From assembly GCA_003707115.1 (NCBI GenBank), contig PPNB01000010.1, positions 124,001 to 188,000 of the forward strand: DNA of 64,000 bases, written 5' to 3'. The notes under the pieces were generated by a model that made no database searches, was not told the DNA's origin, and saw only the letters and a list, made by a program, of their open reading frames with translations. Numbering within the stretch: position 1 is the stretch's first letter; every line of letters starts with the position of its first letter. Positions 30,114-43,788 of the stretch are shown one piece after another. This DNA is from Tortispora ganteri. Its lineage: Eukaryota. The position numbers were made by a program, and so were the translations under genes.

Positions 30114-33100
30114 TGCAGAGGAAAACACTGAAATGGGCCTATGCCTCTATGAGAGTGATCGCTGGAGAACAGCCGGACCGATGACTGGACTATATATGAA
30201 GTTGAAGAAAATCATACTACTACCATAGAAGCCGTCCGTACAGAAGACTACCAGGGTAAATAGAGTTTAAACCATTTAACGTTAAAGTGTGTGAAGTTTA
30301 TTAGATTAGGATAACATGGTTGGCATCGTTGGCGTAAGGCATAGGCGATATCGCTTAATTGAAAAGTATCGTTAAGAGATGTGCGGGGAGGTCTAGGTAG
30401 GCCGATTAGTTAACATAATCTAGATTAGATGAACAATCAGAAAGTAGAGAAAGCGATGGTATAAATGCATTTCTCTCTGCGCACAATAAGCCACGGTGGC
30501 GCAGCCGAACACTGACAATAACCGTCAACTTACTCTGAATACTCGGCGGCGAAAGTATGCCGACAAGAAAAAAATATGACGACGCCGTTGATGTCGATAA
30601 AGTTTTGCCTGTAATCCTAAATGAAAGTGAAATAACGTTGCGTGGTATCCCGTACCCTGAATTTAGGTTCACCTATATTTTTTTCTTATTCGATAAGGGG
30701 ATATCAAGCTTTTACCTACCAAGGGGAATGAGGATTGTTATTCTTCAGTGATAAAAGCGGCCAACTTAATTGCCACCGCGAAGAACCGAAGGAATTGCGA
30801 AAACAATTGATTTAGCGGGAAAACTCGTTATCGCGAAACTGCAAAATGAACTAAATACGGAAGATCGTGGGGTATATTAATATATATTTGCACGTCAGAT
30901 ACTATTAGTCTTATTTTATCACGCCAAATTAGAATCAGCTTAATTCGCTAAGATCACGTTTGATGACCGCGGTCTTTTGCCGAGCCCTGTTAAGAGTGGC
31001 TGTCTGCGCTGTTTAGAAATCAACAGTCCGGGTTGTATGTACAAGCTGCCAGAGCTGGACCAATAGGTCGCAGAAAACCTTATAGGCCATATGTAAAAAA
31101 GCTAATAGATTTAATAGGTGACTGACACCTTACTGTGTTGCACATTTACAACGTGATCACAAGTCAAGCAGGAGGAAAAAATGAGCATAGAAAAACCTTG
31201 CGGGGAGAATAACAATAAGTTAGAAAAGATTATAGCCACAAAAAGCTGATGAAAATTAACTAATGGTTTTGTAACCTTTCCAAGTGCTAGTGTTCTATCA
31301 CGTGTAACGGCTTTACAAGAGTAGAACGTTAAACTCTACTGAACGAACGTATTTGGTCGTCAACGTTAAATTAAATTCTCCTCAGCATCTCCGAGTCCGG
31401 TTCGGTTTACTTTTTCGCTTCTTTAAGAATTGTAGTACATCGATTTGAAATTAACTACTAATTATTTCTCAAATAAGCAAAAGCTAACATGCAATTAGTA
31501 TTTTCTGTCATTAAAATGCTCGCTTGAGTTTAGCGAGCCCGGAGTTTTATTACCCCGACTTAATCAACCAAATTTACTTGTTCATTACACGTTCGCGATT
31601 TGCCCTTTTCAACTTTCCACATTGATCTCTCTCCTGTGCCTTTCTGCTACGTAATACTGCAGAAAACTTGCACCTTTGAGCACACCTTGTGAGCTTAAGA
31701 TAGAACCTATCTGCAATTGCGCTATCGAGCTGGGAGTTATCGCGAGCCTTCATATCTGGCGCCGCTACGTTCTGATTATATCTCCGAACCCGGAAATAAG
31801 CATCAATTGATGGTACAGCAGCATTAAGAAATAATACATGCACGATTTAATTTTCGCTTTTTTACAACGTACCACAACGCACTATCGCAAGACTTGATGC
31901 CATTTGCCGGAAGTTCTTTCCATTTCATCGCTGTTTTCTTCCCCCTGCAAGCTCTAAACTCTAGGTGACAGCTACGCGATATGTAACCTTATCATTATTA
32001 CGTTTAATATGTCATTCATTAGCTCTCACCTCTGCTACCCCATTCGGGGTATTGATAACAAAATTACACAACCTACCACCCTACAAACCTACATCAATAC
32101 TATTTTTTAGATAATGTATACCATCTATTCATAGTTAGGTCGAATAATCCAAACAGAATTGTAGACAATGGATCATATATTTGCTGAGGTATACAATTCC
32201 GATCGGCCTGATCGGAGCTTTTACCCGAATCGCTATATGAAAAGTTTATCTTTATTCGCTTTGAGTTTTTATAACCCTTTCGCTTTTGGCTAAACTGCTC
32301 TACAACACCTGTAATTCCCTGCGCAAATTTTCACTATGGACATCGAACATTTTATAACCCCACATAGTACCGCAAACCCTGTTATCGGCATTGAATGCCG
32401 TATCTGCGAACAACCATGTCCATATCTATTATTATCTTGCTCTAATCCTCTACATCGCTTAGCTTTACTTCAGTTACCCCCTTACCTTCGGAAAAGCTAC
32501 TAAATCTTGTACCTTGGGGACATTAAAAAAAGCGTTCGACTTTGGAGAATTTACGGAGCGGCTCCCGGTATTCATCGCTCTATAATTCAGCTCCACCATC
32601 ATTCCAGAACCTAAACTATCCAGTTGGAAATAGAGTTGCGTTATATCGAGATCTTGTCATATCTCAATAAAACCAAACCCTATACTTTATTCAAGAAACT
32701 TTTACATGATTTTTAAAGTAGTTTCTTTACTAACTAACGTTACTACAGTGTTTTTAAACTGCTGGATATTTTACCCCGTAGTCTTTATACTGGCACTCTA
32801 TCACCGTTAGCGTGGAAATAGCTTTTATTTCTTGGCTCTGAACAATATGGAGAATCTAAAAGTCACGCGTCCAACTAACAATTGATCCACTTATTTAGGC
32901 TAAACCCCGTGGCTTTAGTATTGAGTCCTACTTTTAAATAGTTGTCTAAACAGCAGGTAACGACTACTTATTCTTACACAGCCTTTAGTTCTTTTCTAAC
33001 GCGTTTAGACATTTCTCTACTCCCATCCAGTTAGAAACTACTGAACCACACAGATGAAACTGCCCTACTGTATCTTTTGCCATTAAGAACATCATTTTGA

Positions 33101-34397
33101 TGCAACAGTACTACATGTAAGTCTTGGCAATTCCTTACGTATCTTTTTTTTCCATACTAAAACTCTGTGCGGCTTCTGGACCACCGTGTGTCCTATCTAA
33201 ACGTACAGTCTATAACGAAAAACCTTTCTGAACATGAAAGTTGGTCTAGAAGAGTGTTCGAGCCGTTTCGAACACTTTTAGTGCCGTTTACCGCAGTACT
33301 TCGTGTCCAATGTAACGCTAAAAAGGCCTTAAATCTAAAAGAAAAATTGCTTTTAAACTTTAAGTTAGTTGCACCTCCTTCTACTAAACTCTCATGCAGC
33401 CGTTCTCTTTAGACCATCCACTACTCTGTCTAACTAAATATGCATAGTAAAGATTATCGTAGCTCTAATTTGCCTAAGCAAAATAAATCTCGCTTAAAAT
33501 TCGCAGCATTGTGTTCTTCATAAGGTATTTAGTGGAATGAAAAACACACCCCAGAAGGTAGCAGTTTTAACCCCACATAACCTTAATTGCCAAGAGTTTT
33601 TAACAACCGCTCATCCTTATTAAGAAATAAATGCAAACAGTGCCTTAAAGATGTTAATAAGGTGTAAAATATCGTCAAAACTTTATTCATGCATCACCTA
33701 TTTCACAAAAACTCATCCAAAAGTCTACATCTATTCTGGGATGGGAATCTACGTTCATGCCATAAGCTTCCTGAATGCCTTTCAAAAAGAACAATTAAAA
33801 GACGGACAGCATGCAACAACAACAATAATCACAAAACTTCAAGGCGCAAAAGGGACAAAAGGATCACGTAATCACAAAAATCATCAAATTCATATTATAA
33901 AATTCCCAATAATAAAAACATAAACTTCATTGATTCATCACTCATAAGTCATTAATCCTCTTAGAATAAACATATTCCCCTTTTCTTTCGCCTCATAAAC
34001 ATTCGGTCCAAGAGTACATACAGTAAACCATCAAACTGTTCGTATCCCTAGGCTTTCGATTTCGTTCAGTTTCGCTTCATCTCGCGTGGTTTCATTTCTT
34101 CATTGCCCGTTAATCTTTTAATCTTTCTATCTTTCACGTTCATCGTTTCAAGGGTTCTATCCAATGCGCGCTTTCTTATCGCGCAGACCTTAGCACGGTC
34201 TTCTCAATTCGTCAAACGTGAGCAAACAGTCAGAAATTCTTTGGCTTAAAACTGAGGTAGTCAAAAGCATCTATATTCGTCACAGTTAAAGTGCTCAGAG
34301 AACATCAAAAACTGAAACTATAAAGTTAGTCCGTCTCTATATATGCATCTGCAGACAATGTCAGCCATTAAAGGCTCTAATATTTGTCTTTCCATTA

Positions 34398-36197
<1,800 letters not shown>

Positions 36198-36396
36198 TTA
36201 TAGAGTCTCTAAGCAAGGTATAAACCAATCTGAACAGTAAATAGTGGATAGGAAGAACTGAGGGTCTTTTTCTCGCAACTAAAGGAGGTGATGTCTAAGG
36301 AAGAAAAAAAGTGGGAAAGGATTTTTTTTTTTAACTTGTTATTGGGAGTTTCTATTTTAAGAGAAAAAAAAAAACGAAAAAACCCAGCTCCCAAGG

Positions 36397-36404
36397 CCGG
36401 GTAA
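36397..36404. promoter_or_regulatory. Reb1-type site beside poly(dA:dT) tracts in the DBP2/CUB1 divergent promoter
   Basis: Exact CCGGGTAA next to long A/T runs; TATA-like element at ~36192-36202 on the minus strand. Confidence 0.45.
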
Positions 36405-36669
36405 TCCACTGGCCAATCAACATAAGTCAATCGGATCAAGTGCATATAGTTGACGCAAAATACTGTACGCTGATGTCTGAATAGGGTATTTAATTGCTTC
36501 TAGTTATAGTATATGCTTACTTATTAATCATTTGGAATGTATATGTGAACTGTTACGGTTACATGCCGGCCGGCAAAGATACTAGACGGTTGCTACGGAC
36601 AGCAGACAGCCTGTCAAAAGGTAGCTATCTGAGTCTTTCCCTTAGCTACTGGCTTTCTATAAAAGATAA

Positions 36670-38514
36670 ATGAGACGCACGCTGAAAGATATTATTAGTT
36701 CAGAAGTAAAGGAGGATGGTGATACGTTATCTGACACGGCGTCTGTGATGGACGTCGATCTGAGTGCAAATGGGGACCAAGAACTGTGCATCGACTGCGG
36801 CGACCAACCTGGCGAGCTTATATGCAAAACGTGCGACGACATGTTCTGCAAAGTGTGCTTTGCATATATCCACAGAACGGGTAAGCGCAAAGAGCATGTT
36901 GTTGTTGAGCTGGCTGTTGATGCTCAGAGTGAAGAAAAAACAGCAGCAGATGTTACTTCAGCTATGCAGAACGAGGCCGAAAAACAGCCTGCTGAAGACG
37001 CTGACGGTGCTGATGAGAACGTCGATTCATTTGATATTGCCGAATCAAGCTCAAAATCTGCGTCAGAGATTTTAGAACGCTCTAAATATATTCCACTACG
37101 CCTTACAGCTGACGAGCGCAAACTTCTGCGCCTTCTTGAAGCCGCATTGAACGTCTCGGAGTATACGGACAAAATAGACATCCTGGCATACACTAGCAAG
37201 ACAAAGAGGATAGTTCAGCAGCTGCGCGAGATGTGCTCGGTGCTTGCTGGTCTGGTAGTGGCCTCTGATATAGATCTTGGTCAGGAAATTTTTCAAGACA
37301 AAGAATTCTCCGACAACGCACAATGGTACCAGGACATATTCGAAATCGGCAGAAGATATAAGGTAATGAACCCAGATAAGCTGCGCGACACCTTCGGCAA
37401 ATTAATGTACATGATAATGGACTCGCGATTACCTGAAGTAAAGATGCATATGGAGTTTGATCTGTACAAACCTATGGTTACTGTCTATGGCTATTTACAA
37501 GCCCGCGATTGTGTCGAACTGCTCGAAGATGGACTTATCATATCAGCCACTGCTGAAATTAATTCCGGTAACTCTAGATCTCAAATAAACACAGCGATAA
37601 AGCGCAAAGAAAAGGCCATTGAACTGCTTGCTGCGCGCTACTCCTCTAAGAAAATATCAAAGGAACAAATTCGCCAATGTTTATATTCGATAGGTGATAA
37701 CCATGCATATCTTCGTGCTAATCAGGAACCATGCGAGCAAATGATTTTGTACCTAACTCACTATTTCTCTCTTGATGAACCTTCTCTAAAGACTTCATTC
37801 CTCTCTGCAGCTTCAGAGGCTATTGGTCTTACTTCTCCAGATGAAGACTCATTAGCAATTAGATATGGCCGGTCTGGTGCCAGATTATCTCACTCACATC
37901 AAAAACAGTATCAGTATGTGCTTCAAAGCTTATCTTTATGGTCTATGATCATGAAGGATATGTTCAAACTTTGGATGCTGGCTGATGATGATCTGCTATC
38001 AAACCGGACAACCTATCGACTATTGAACACTGGCCAAGGTCTCAACCGAGTTCAAGCTTGCCCTAACGTTAGTATTGCGATGCAGAAAATTATATCTGCT
38101 GCCCAGAAGCGCGTCGGCGTATGGCATGGTTCTTCCGTCGTTCATCTTGGGGACCATGCCGTACCTAACTCCCTCTTTTTCCTTGACAAGTACCTACAGG
38201 TTCCACGAATTCTTAATCCGCTTACTATTGCTATCAGGGTAATAGACACTGAACTAAGTAAAGACCCATTTGTGGTTGATTGGGTTACTGCGCAATTTGG
38301 CTCAATAGACAGGCTGAAAAAAGTAATTCTCGGCGACTTCTTCCGTCATGGATTTGACGGTTCCGGTGCTGATAACTTCTACGATGCTGGCTCTTGTATA
38401 GATGGTCGGCTTACTTCTGCATGGAATTGGGCAAATCAAATCTCGAAAAAAGATTATTATAAAATGTTTCTATTAACCGGCTTTAATGGATTTAATGGCT
38501 CAGACGGATTTTAA
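36670..38514 (+). CDS. CUB1: UPF0652/DUF2009 protein with an N-terminal B-box-like zinc finger (YPL260W-like)
   Basis: CIDC..C..C...C..C...H...H finger; IPLRL..ERKLLRLLEAALNVSEYTD and FDGSGADNFYDAGSCIDGRLTSAWNW motifs. Confidence 0.9.
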   Translation: MRRTLKDIISSEVKEDGDTLSDTASVMDVDLSANGDQELCIDCGDQPGELICKTCDDMFCKVCFAYIHRTGKRKEHVVVELAVDAQSEEKTAADVTSAMQNEAEKQPAEDADGADENVDSFDIAESSSKSASEILERSKYIPLRLTADERKLLRLLEAALNVSEYTDKIDILAYTSKTKRIVQQLREMCSVLAGLVVASDIDLGQEIFQDKEFSDNAQWYQDIFEIGRRYKVMNPDKLRDTFGKLMYMIMDSRLPEVKMHMEFDLYKPMVTVYGYLQARDCVELLEDGLIISATAEINSGNSRSQINTAIKRKEKAIELLAARYSSKKISKEQIRQCLYSIGDNHAYLRANQEPCEQMILYLTHYFSLDEPSLKTSFLSAASEAIGLTSPDEDSLAIRYGRSGARLSHSHQKQYQYVLQSLSLWSMIMKDMFKLWMLADDDLLSNRTTYRLLNTGQGLNRVQACPNVSIAMQKIISAAQKRVGVWHGSSVVHLGDHAVPNSLFFLDKYLQVPRILNPLTIAIRVIDTELSKDPFVVDWVTAQFGSIDRLKKVILGDFFRHGFDGSGADNFYDAGSCIDGRLTSAWNWANQISKKDYYKMFLLTGFNGFNGSDGF

Positions 38515-38617
38515 GGTATCTGAAGCTAACCGACTTTCACACGATTACCTTTCATTAACATATATATCTACATACATTTCTAAAGTAATCGTGACATTAG
38601 ATAATAAGCGTAAATAT

Positions 38618-40261
38618 CTAAAATTGACCCTCATCGGACCCATTAACAATGACTGCGTTGATCTTAAGGATCATTCTAGTTAATTGAGTAGCTAAAAGTA
38701 ATTGCTGACGCTTGCTAATAAGCGGATCAATAACAAATAACTCCTTCATATCGTTAGATCCCTTCTCAAGACAATCGATGCCAAGCTGAGAATTAGAGTC
38801 CTTAATTTGACGAGCTTTTATAGTTGTAAGACTATTAATGGCATCAAGGCCTGAGTTCTCGGCCAAAATCATAGGAATCGAGTCCAATGCATTAGCAAAT
38901 CCGCGTAGAGCATATTGATCTATACCCTTTCGTTTATCTGCTTCCGAAGCAACAGCGATAGAGGCCGCAATTTCGGCAGCTCCACCTCCATAAACAATCC
39001 GATTATCACGGATGATATTTCGAACCACACAAATAGAATCGTGAAGAGCTCTCTTAGCTTCATCGACGATCATCTTGTTAGATCCACGAACAAACACTGT
39101 CACCGCACGCGGGTTAGCACAGTCCTCAATAACAAGCATTTTATCACGAGTTGTACCAAAGCTAAGCTCGCGAATGGATCCCGCTTTGCCCAGTTTCTCT
39201 GAAGAAAGATCTTCAAATCGGGGCACAATGCGTCCCTGTGTAGCTATAGCAATAGTTTCTATCTCTGGTCCTCCTACCCATCTGACTGCAGGAAGATTGT
39301 GCTGATACAAAAGATGGTTCGCTTCATCGTCGAATCCCCATTGACAAATTACCATATTGGCGCCAGCATCTTTGACATAGTTGATCATTTCAATAAACTT
39401 ATCGTGCTCGTATTCTTGAAGCTTTTTAAACTCAGCAGCGGATGAAATATCCAATTTATGTTTAGTTTTAGGTTTTGGCGGTTCAAAAGGACATGTGAGA
39501 ATAGCCAGTTTAGCATCCTTCAGAAAACGAGGCATCTGTGGGTGAGACATATCTTTATCGACGAGAACACCGTGAACTAGAGCGGTATCTTCTAAAGCCC
39601 CACCAACTTTTCCATCTACCTTCAGGAGCTCAAAATCCACATCTTTGCGTTCGAGGTCCGCAACTGCAAGTACAGCGTCGACGGCAATTTGAGCAAATTT
39701 GTCGTGGGCCTTAGATACAATCTTTGAGCCAAGAGAGGTCTTAGCAGCTTTTATAAGGTTGGAAGTATCCTCTTGTGAGTAAGGGACTTCGTCAGCGATT
39801 CTATCGAGCTCCGCGACGGCAACAGCACACGCTTCATCAAATCCATTAGCAATCCTTACAGGGTGGATTCCCTTGTCAATCAACTCAGCAGCTTGCTGTA
39901 GCAGGGCACCAGCCAAGACTACAACACCGGTAGTGCCGTCTCCGATTTCATCGTCCTGGGACTTTGACAACTCTACGAGAAGTTTCGCGATTTGGTTGTC
40001 GACATCCATTTGCGACAAAATAGTGGCTCCATCATTGGTAATAGTGATATCTCCGTCGGGTGATATAAGAATTTTGTCTAGGCCACGAGGGCCCAGAGAA
40101 GTCTTTATGATGGATGCTACAGTTTGTGCGGCGAGAATATGATTTTTGACGGCTTCTGTTCCGTAAGATCTCTTTTTTTTGCCTTGGTCTCTCACAATGA
40201 TGAAAGGTCTACCAGTTTCATCCTGAGCAACCATAGCATTTGAAAGGTCCAAGCTTGCCAT
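38618..40261 (-). CDS. CCT5: CCT/TRiC chaperonin epsilon subunit
   Basis: [17 protein letters not shown] and [18 protein letters not shown] epsilon signature. Confidence 0.98.
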   Translation of the reverse strand: MASLDLSNAMVAQDETGRPFIIVRDQGKKKRSYGTEAVKNHILAAQTVASIIKTSLGPRGLDKILISPDGDITITNDGATILSQMDVDNQIAKLLVELSKSQDDEIGDGTTGVVVLAGALLQQAAELIDKGIHPVRIANGFDEACAVAVAELDRIADEVPYSQEDTSNLIKAAKTSLGSKIVSKAHDKFAQIAVDAVLAVADLERKDVDFELLKVDGKVGGALEDTALVHGVLVDKDMSHPQMPRFLKDAKLAILTCPFEPPKPKTKHKLDISSAAEFKKLQEYEHDKFIEMINYVKDAGANMVICQWGFDDEANHLLYQHNLPAVRWVGGPEIETIAIATQGRIVPRFEDLSSEKLGKAGSIRELSFGTTRDKMLVIEDCANPRAVTVFVRGSNKMIVDEAKRALHDSICVVRNIIRDNRIVYGGGAAEIAASIAVASEADKRKGIDQYALRGFANALDSIPMILAENSGLDAINSLTTIKARQIKDSNSQLGIDCLEKGSNDMKELFVIDPLISKRQQLLLATQLTRMILKINAVIVNGSDEGQF

Positions 40262-40483
40262 TGGATATGAATATATTCGGAACCAAACACGTAGGGATGA
40301 TGATTTTAATGGAACTAAAAAGAATAGAAGTAGTAAAACTGAAGGTTCGTTGAAGGCAATGGGTGTGTGGTAAGCCTTGAAGATAGCATAGCAACGTGGG
40401 AAGGGGGACGTGTGCGACGACGTCTACGTTTATTGAGCAACAGGGACAACAATGCCAATAATATATTAGCCTTACGGCAGCCA

Positions 40484-40876
40484 TTAGGATTGAATTACGT
40501 TTAAGTAGTAGAAAGCAAAGGCAGCAAGGGCAGCAACAATGGCAAGATAGGGCATGGCGGAAGTAGAGCCAGAAGAGCCAGAAGATACGGAAGCACTTGA
40601 AGTTGATTTGGATGATTTCGAAGCCGCAGAGACACCAGTGTCCTTCAATACGCCAATCTCCATATCACGCAACATATCGTCAGCTTCAGAAGAGTGACCA
40701 ATATCCTCGTATGATTCAGTAGCATCTTGTCCAGCAACATCATATATGACTTCTACACCGCCAGGATGGTCATCTAAAAACTTAGTAGCGTCAATCACTT
40801 TACCGCGTACGACGAGCCATAGCGAATCTTTTGAGTCGTGTTGTGCTACTTCTTCTAAAGTAATCTCTCTTGACAT
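40484..40876 (-). CDS. CYB5: Cytochrome b5, tail-anchored
   Basis: FLDDHPGG and DATESYEDIGHS heme motifs; C-terminal hydrophobic anchor. Confidence 0.95.
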   Translation of the reverse strand: MSREITLEEVAQHDSKDSLWLVVRGKVIDATKFLDDHPGGVEVIYDVAGQDATESYEDIGHSSEADDMLRDMEIGVLKDTGVSAASKSSKSTSSASVSSGSSGSTSAMPYLAIVAALAAFAFYYLNVIQS

Positions 40877-41383
40877 GTTATCTCAGGGACAGTTAGGTAG
40901 GAACGAAAGCGGCTACTGCCTTGAAAGGGTGGATTAGAACAGTTCCGAGTTTGTTCGCGGATGATAAAAAGTGTGCAGTAATTTATAGTTCGAAGGCGCA
41001 AACGCGGACCAATCAGAACTACACGAATAAAACGACTCCGCACGAGCTGCTCCCGTTCCTCTTTTGCCTTAATTTTGCATTCATATAATTTTTTCAGTTC
41101 TATGTAATAATATATCGTTGAAAATTATGATTCACTGCTGCGATTTCGGTGCTACTATGTAGTGCTAGCGCCTTACTACTGAACACTTATATTTACCGTA
41201 TACGGTAATACTACCCTGTACAATTCACAAAGGGAAGATTAAAGTGTGTTTGGTGGTTGCTGTAGTAACTAGTATGACTTGTGACCTGAGCGTCTCTTAC
41301 CTGTTATCACTGTCGGGCAAAGACTTACACACCCAATCCATTTCGCAAACAACAGCTTTCTAGCCTAAAAACCCCCACGACAC

Positions 41384-42691
41384 ATGGCCTCTGACAAATA
41401 CGAGCAAGCCTCAGTCATTTTAAAAGGACTGCTACGTGAACCAGCTAATAAGGTATGTGCTGACTGTAAGCGGAATCAGCATCCGCGGTGGGCATCATGG
41501 AACTTGGGCGTATTTGTATGTATACGATGCTCAGGAATACATAGGTCTATGGGAACCCATGTATCCAGGGTCAAATCCGTAGATTTAGACTCCTGGACCC
41601 GCGAACAGGTAGAGTCGATGGTGAAATGGGGTAACGACAGAGCAAACGCATACTGGGAAGCCCAGCTCCCGGAAGGACATATTCCCCCGGAATCGAAAAT
41701 ATCTAACTTCATTCGCACTAAATATGAAGCGAAACGGTGGGTCGCAGATGCCTCACAGCCGGTTAATCCTGTACAACCTGTTCAGTCAATTAAATCTTCT
41801 ATGCATCTCGAAAAATCTAAGCGACACACTGCTGCCGACCTACTTGGTTCATACTCTTCTTCTACTCCATCTGCCTCATCAGCTCCGGCTGCAACTCCTC
41901 AGTCTAGTCATTCTCTTCTGGACATCTCATCTGCACCCATTACTACTTCCTCAACTTCTGCTTTATCTTCATTGTCAAAAGGAGTCTCAACGAAGAAATC
42001 AACTGTCTCTGCCTCAGAAGACTTATTGGGCGCTTTCTCGGTTCCCTCTAGCAATGGTCGGTCTAACGGTAGCTCTACAGATTCTCGCAAGGATGATCGC
42101 CCAGACCTCCGATCGACAATTTTGTCTTTGTACGGAAGTAAGTCATCTACGCAGTCTAGTGCTAGCACTCCTGCTGCGGCAAATTCTTCGGTCGACCCAT
42201 TATTCTCCCTTGACTCTTTCTCCGTGCCCTCCTCTAAGCCTAAAATTACGACGAGCAGCTCAGAAGCACTGGTTGATATATTTGGCTCTATTTCTTCTAC
42301 TACTGCTTCTATCCCTTCTGTTTCATCAGTTACCACCGCTGCAACTGACGCAGCAAAAGCAGGCGCATCGGCTGCTATATCTGCTGCATCTACAGCCACT
42401 GCAGCCTCATTTGCCAACTCTGCATTCGCCAATAATGTTTCTCAAATGCCTTCACTGGGCTCCTTGTCTTTAGACCATACACCTAAGGAACATTCAACAG
42501 TATCATTGGATGACTCCGGTGACGAATTTGATGATTTTACAAGCGCTAACGCTTGGTCTACCCCTTTTCCTACCTCTGCTACTACTTCTGTCCTTCCTGA
42601 GCCTGTGACTCAGCCCTCACTCTCTGCTGATCCTGTTCCGTCCACGATCGCTCCAGGTGAGGAGGATCTTTTTGCTAATGTTTGGAAATAA
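41384..42691 (+). CDS. AGE2: ArfGAP (Age2/SMAP-like)
   Basis: CADC...PRWASWNLGVFVCIRCSGIHR zinc finger; Ser-rich tail with DLL motifs, ending NVWK. Confidence 0.9.
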   Translation: MASDKYEQASVILKGLLREPANKVCADCKRNQHPRWASWNLGVFVCIRCSGIHRSMGTHVSRVKSVDLDSWTREQVESMVKWGNDRANAYWEAQLPEGHIPPESKISNFIRTKYEAKRWVADASQPVNPVQPVQSIKSSMHLEKSKRHTAADLLGSYSSSTPSASSAPAATPQSSHSLLDISSAPITTSSTSALSSLSKGVSTKKSTVSASEDLLGAFSVPSSNGRSNGSSTDSRKDDRPDLRSTILSLYGSKSSTQSSASTPAAANSSVDPLFSLDSFSVPSSKPKITTSSSEALVDIFGSISSTTASIPSVSSVTTAATDAAKAGASAAISAASTATAASFANSAFANNVSQMPSLGSLSLDHTPKEHSTVSLDDSGDEFDDFTSANAWSTPFPTSATTSVLPEPVTQPSLSADPVPSTIAPGEEDLFANVWK

Positions 42692-42843
42692 TTTCGGTTA
42701 TGAAAGGAATACATTATCGCTGTCGGTTGTATCTTGGAGCCAGCCGTTTGTTTGTTTGTTTTTTTTCGTCTATAGCGCTCTTCCACCCACATCCATCTCC
42801 CCACAATCACCCAATCTCTCCCACCTCACCGATACACGCTGTT

Positions 42844-43758
42844 ATGGATTTCAATGACTTAATATACAATGAAGAACAGAACAATTCACATGATAATTCT
42901 GCTGATTCGGTTTCTAAAGTAGCTGATCAGCTGGAAGATAATATGACGAAGGCGTTTGACAAAGTTTCCAGTAGCTTAGGCGGATTCTTTCAAACTCTCA
43001 AGAGTCAATCATCAGCACTTCTTGATGCCACCAAGACCGAAGCTGAACATATTACACATACCGATCTATCAGCTCAGTCCTCTGCACTGTTTGAATCTTT
43101 GAAATCAGCTTCGAAAAGCAGATTGAAAGAGCTCGGTGAGGCTGAGAACAAAGCGGACGACTATTTAGCGTCGCTTGGCCATAATCTAGGTTCCTATTTT
43201 AAGGAGTTCCTGCTCCGCGATGATGCTGATCAGTCTAACGATTCGGTTTTATTCGAAGCTCCAGAAGGTGTTAAACGTGCGATTTTTGCTTCTAGGCACG
43301 ATGCACAGTTGCATGCTTTGCACACATCTGCTGACTTGTTCAAATCTACCCAAAGCGATCCTCATTTTGAGAAATTCGTTAGCTCCTTTGATGCGAACAG
43401 CAACGAAATCACCAATCGCATTGCTCAAGACTTGGAAACTTATTCTGATCTCAGAGCTATGATGGAATCTTTAGTTCCACATGAAGTCTCATACTCTGAC
43501 TTTTGGTCTAGGTACTACTTTCTGCGCGGACAGATAGACGACGAAGAGAAAAGAAGAAAAATGGTTCTACAGAAAGTACAGGATTCGTCAGTTGATAATG
43601 AAGAGATTGATTGGGATAGTGATGAAGATGAGGTTGAGGTTGTGAAAACTAAACCAGTCTCTGCCGATAAAGAACGGAACTCCATCGCCCCTGTTGAGAA
43701 TACAGCAGCAAAGTCCATTGAAACGCAGGATTCAGATAGCATAGATGAGTGGGAATGA
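42844..43758 (+). CDS. DOS2: BSD-domain protein (Dos2-like)
   Basis: SRHDAQLHALH and LVPHEVSYSDFWSRYYF motifs; acidic DEWE end; ATG at 42844. Confidence 0.85.
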   Translation: MDFNDLIYNEEQNNSHDNSADSVSKVADQLEDNMTKAFDKVSSSLGGFFQTLKSQSSALLDATKTEAEHITHTDLSAQSSALFESLKSASKSRLKELGEAENKADDYLASLGHNLGSYFKEFLLRDDADQSNDSVLFEAPEGVKRAIFASRHDAQLHALHTSADLFKSTQSDPHFEKFVSSFDANSNEITNRIAQDLETYSDLRAMMESLVPHEVSYSDFWSRYYFLRGQIDDEEKRRKMVLQKVQDSSVDNEEIDWDSDEDEVEVVKTKPVSADKERNSIAPVENTAAKSIETQDSDSIDEWE

Positions 43759-43788
43759 GTTCCATATGCAAAAAAAAAAAAATCTCGC

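Noticed and set aside
30557..30751. 64-aa ORF and other short ORFs in the 30-34 kb gap
   Set aside because: No recognisable motif; lengths are compatible with chance.
32283..32293. CTTTTGGCTAA resembling the U2 snRNA 5' end
   Set aside because: The GATCAAGTGTAGTA branch-recognition sequence that should follow is absent.
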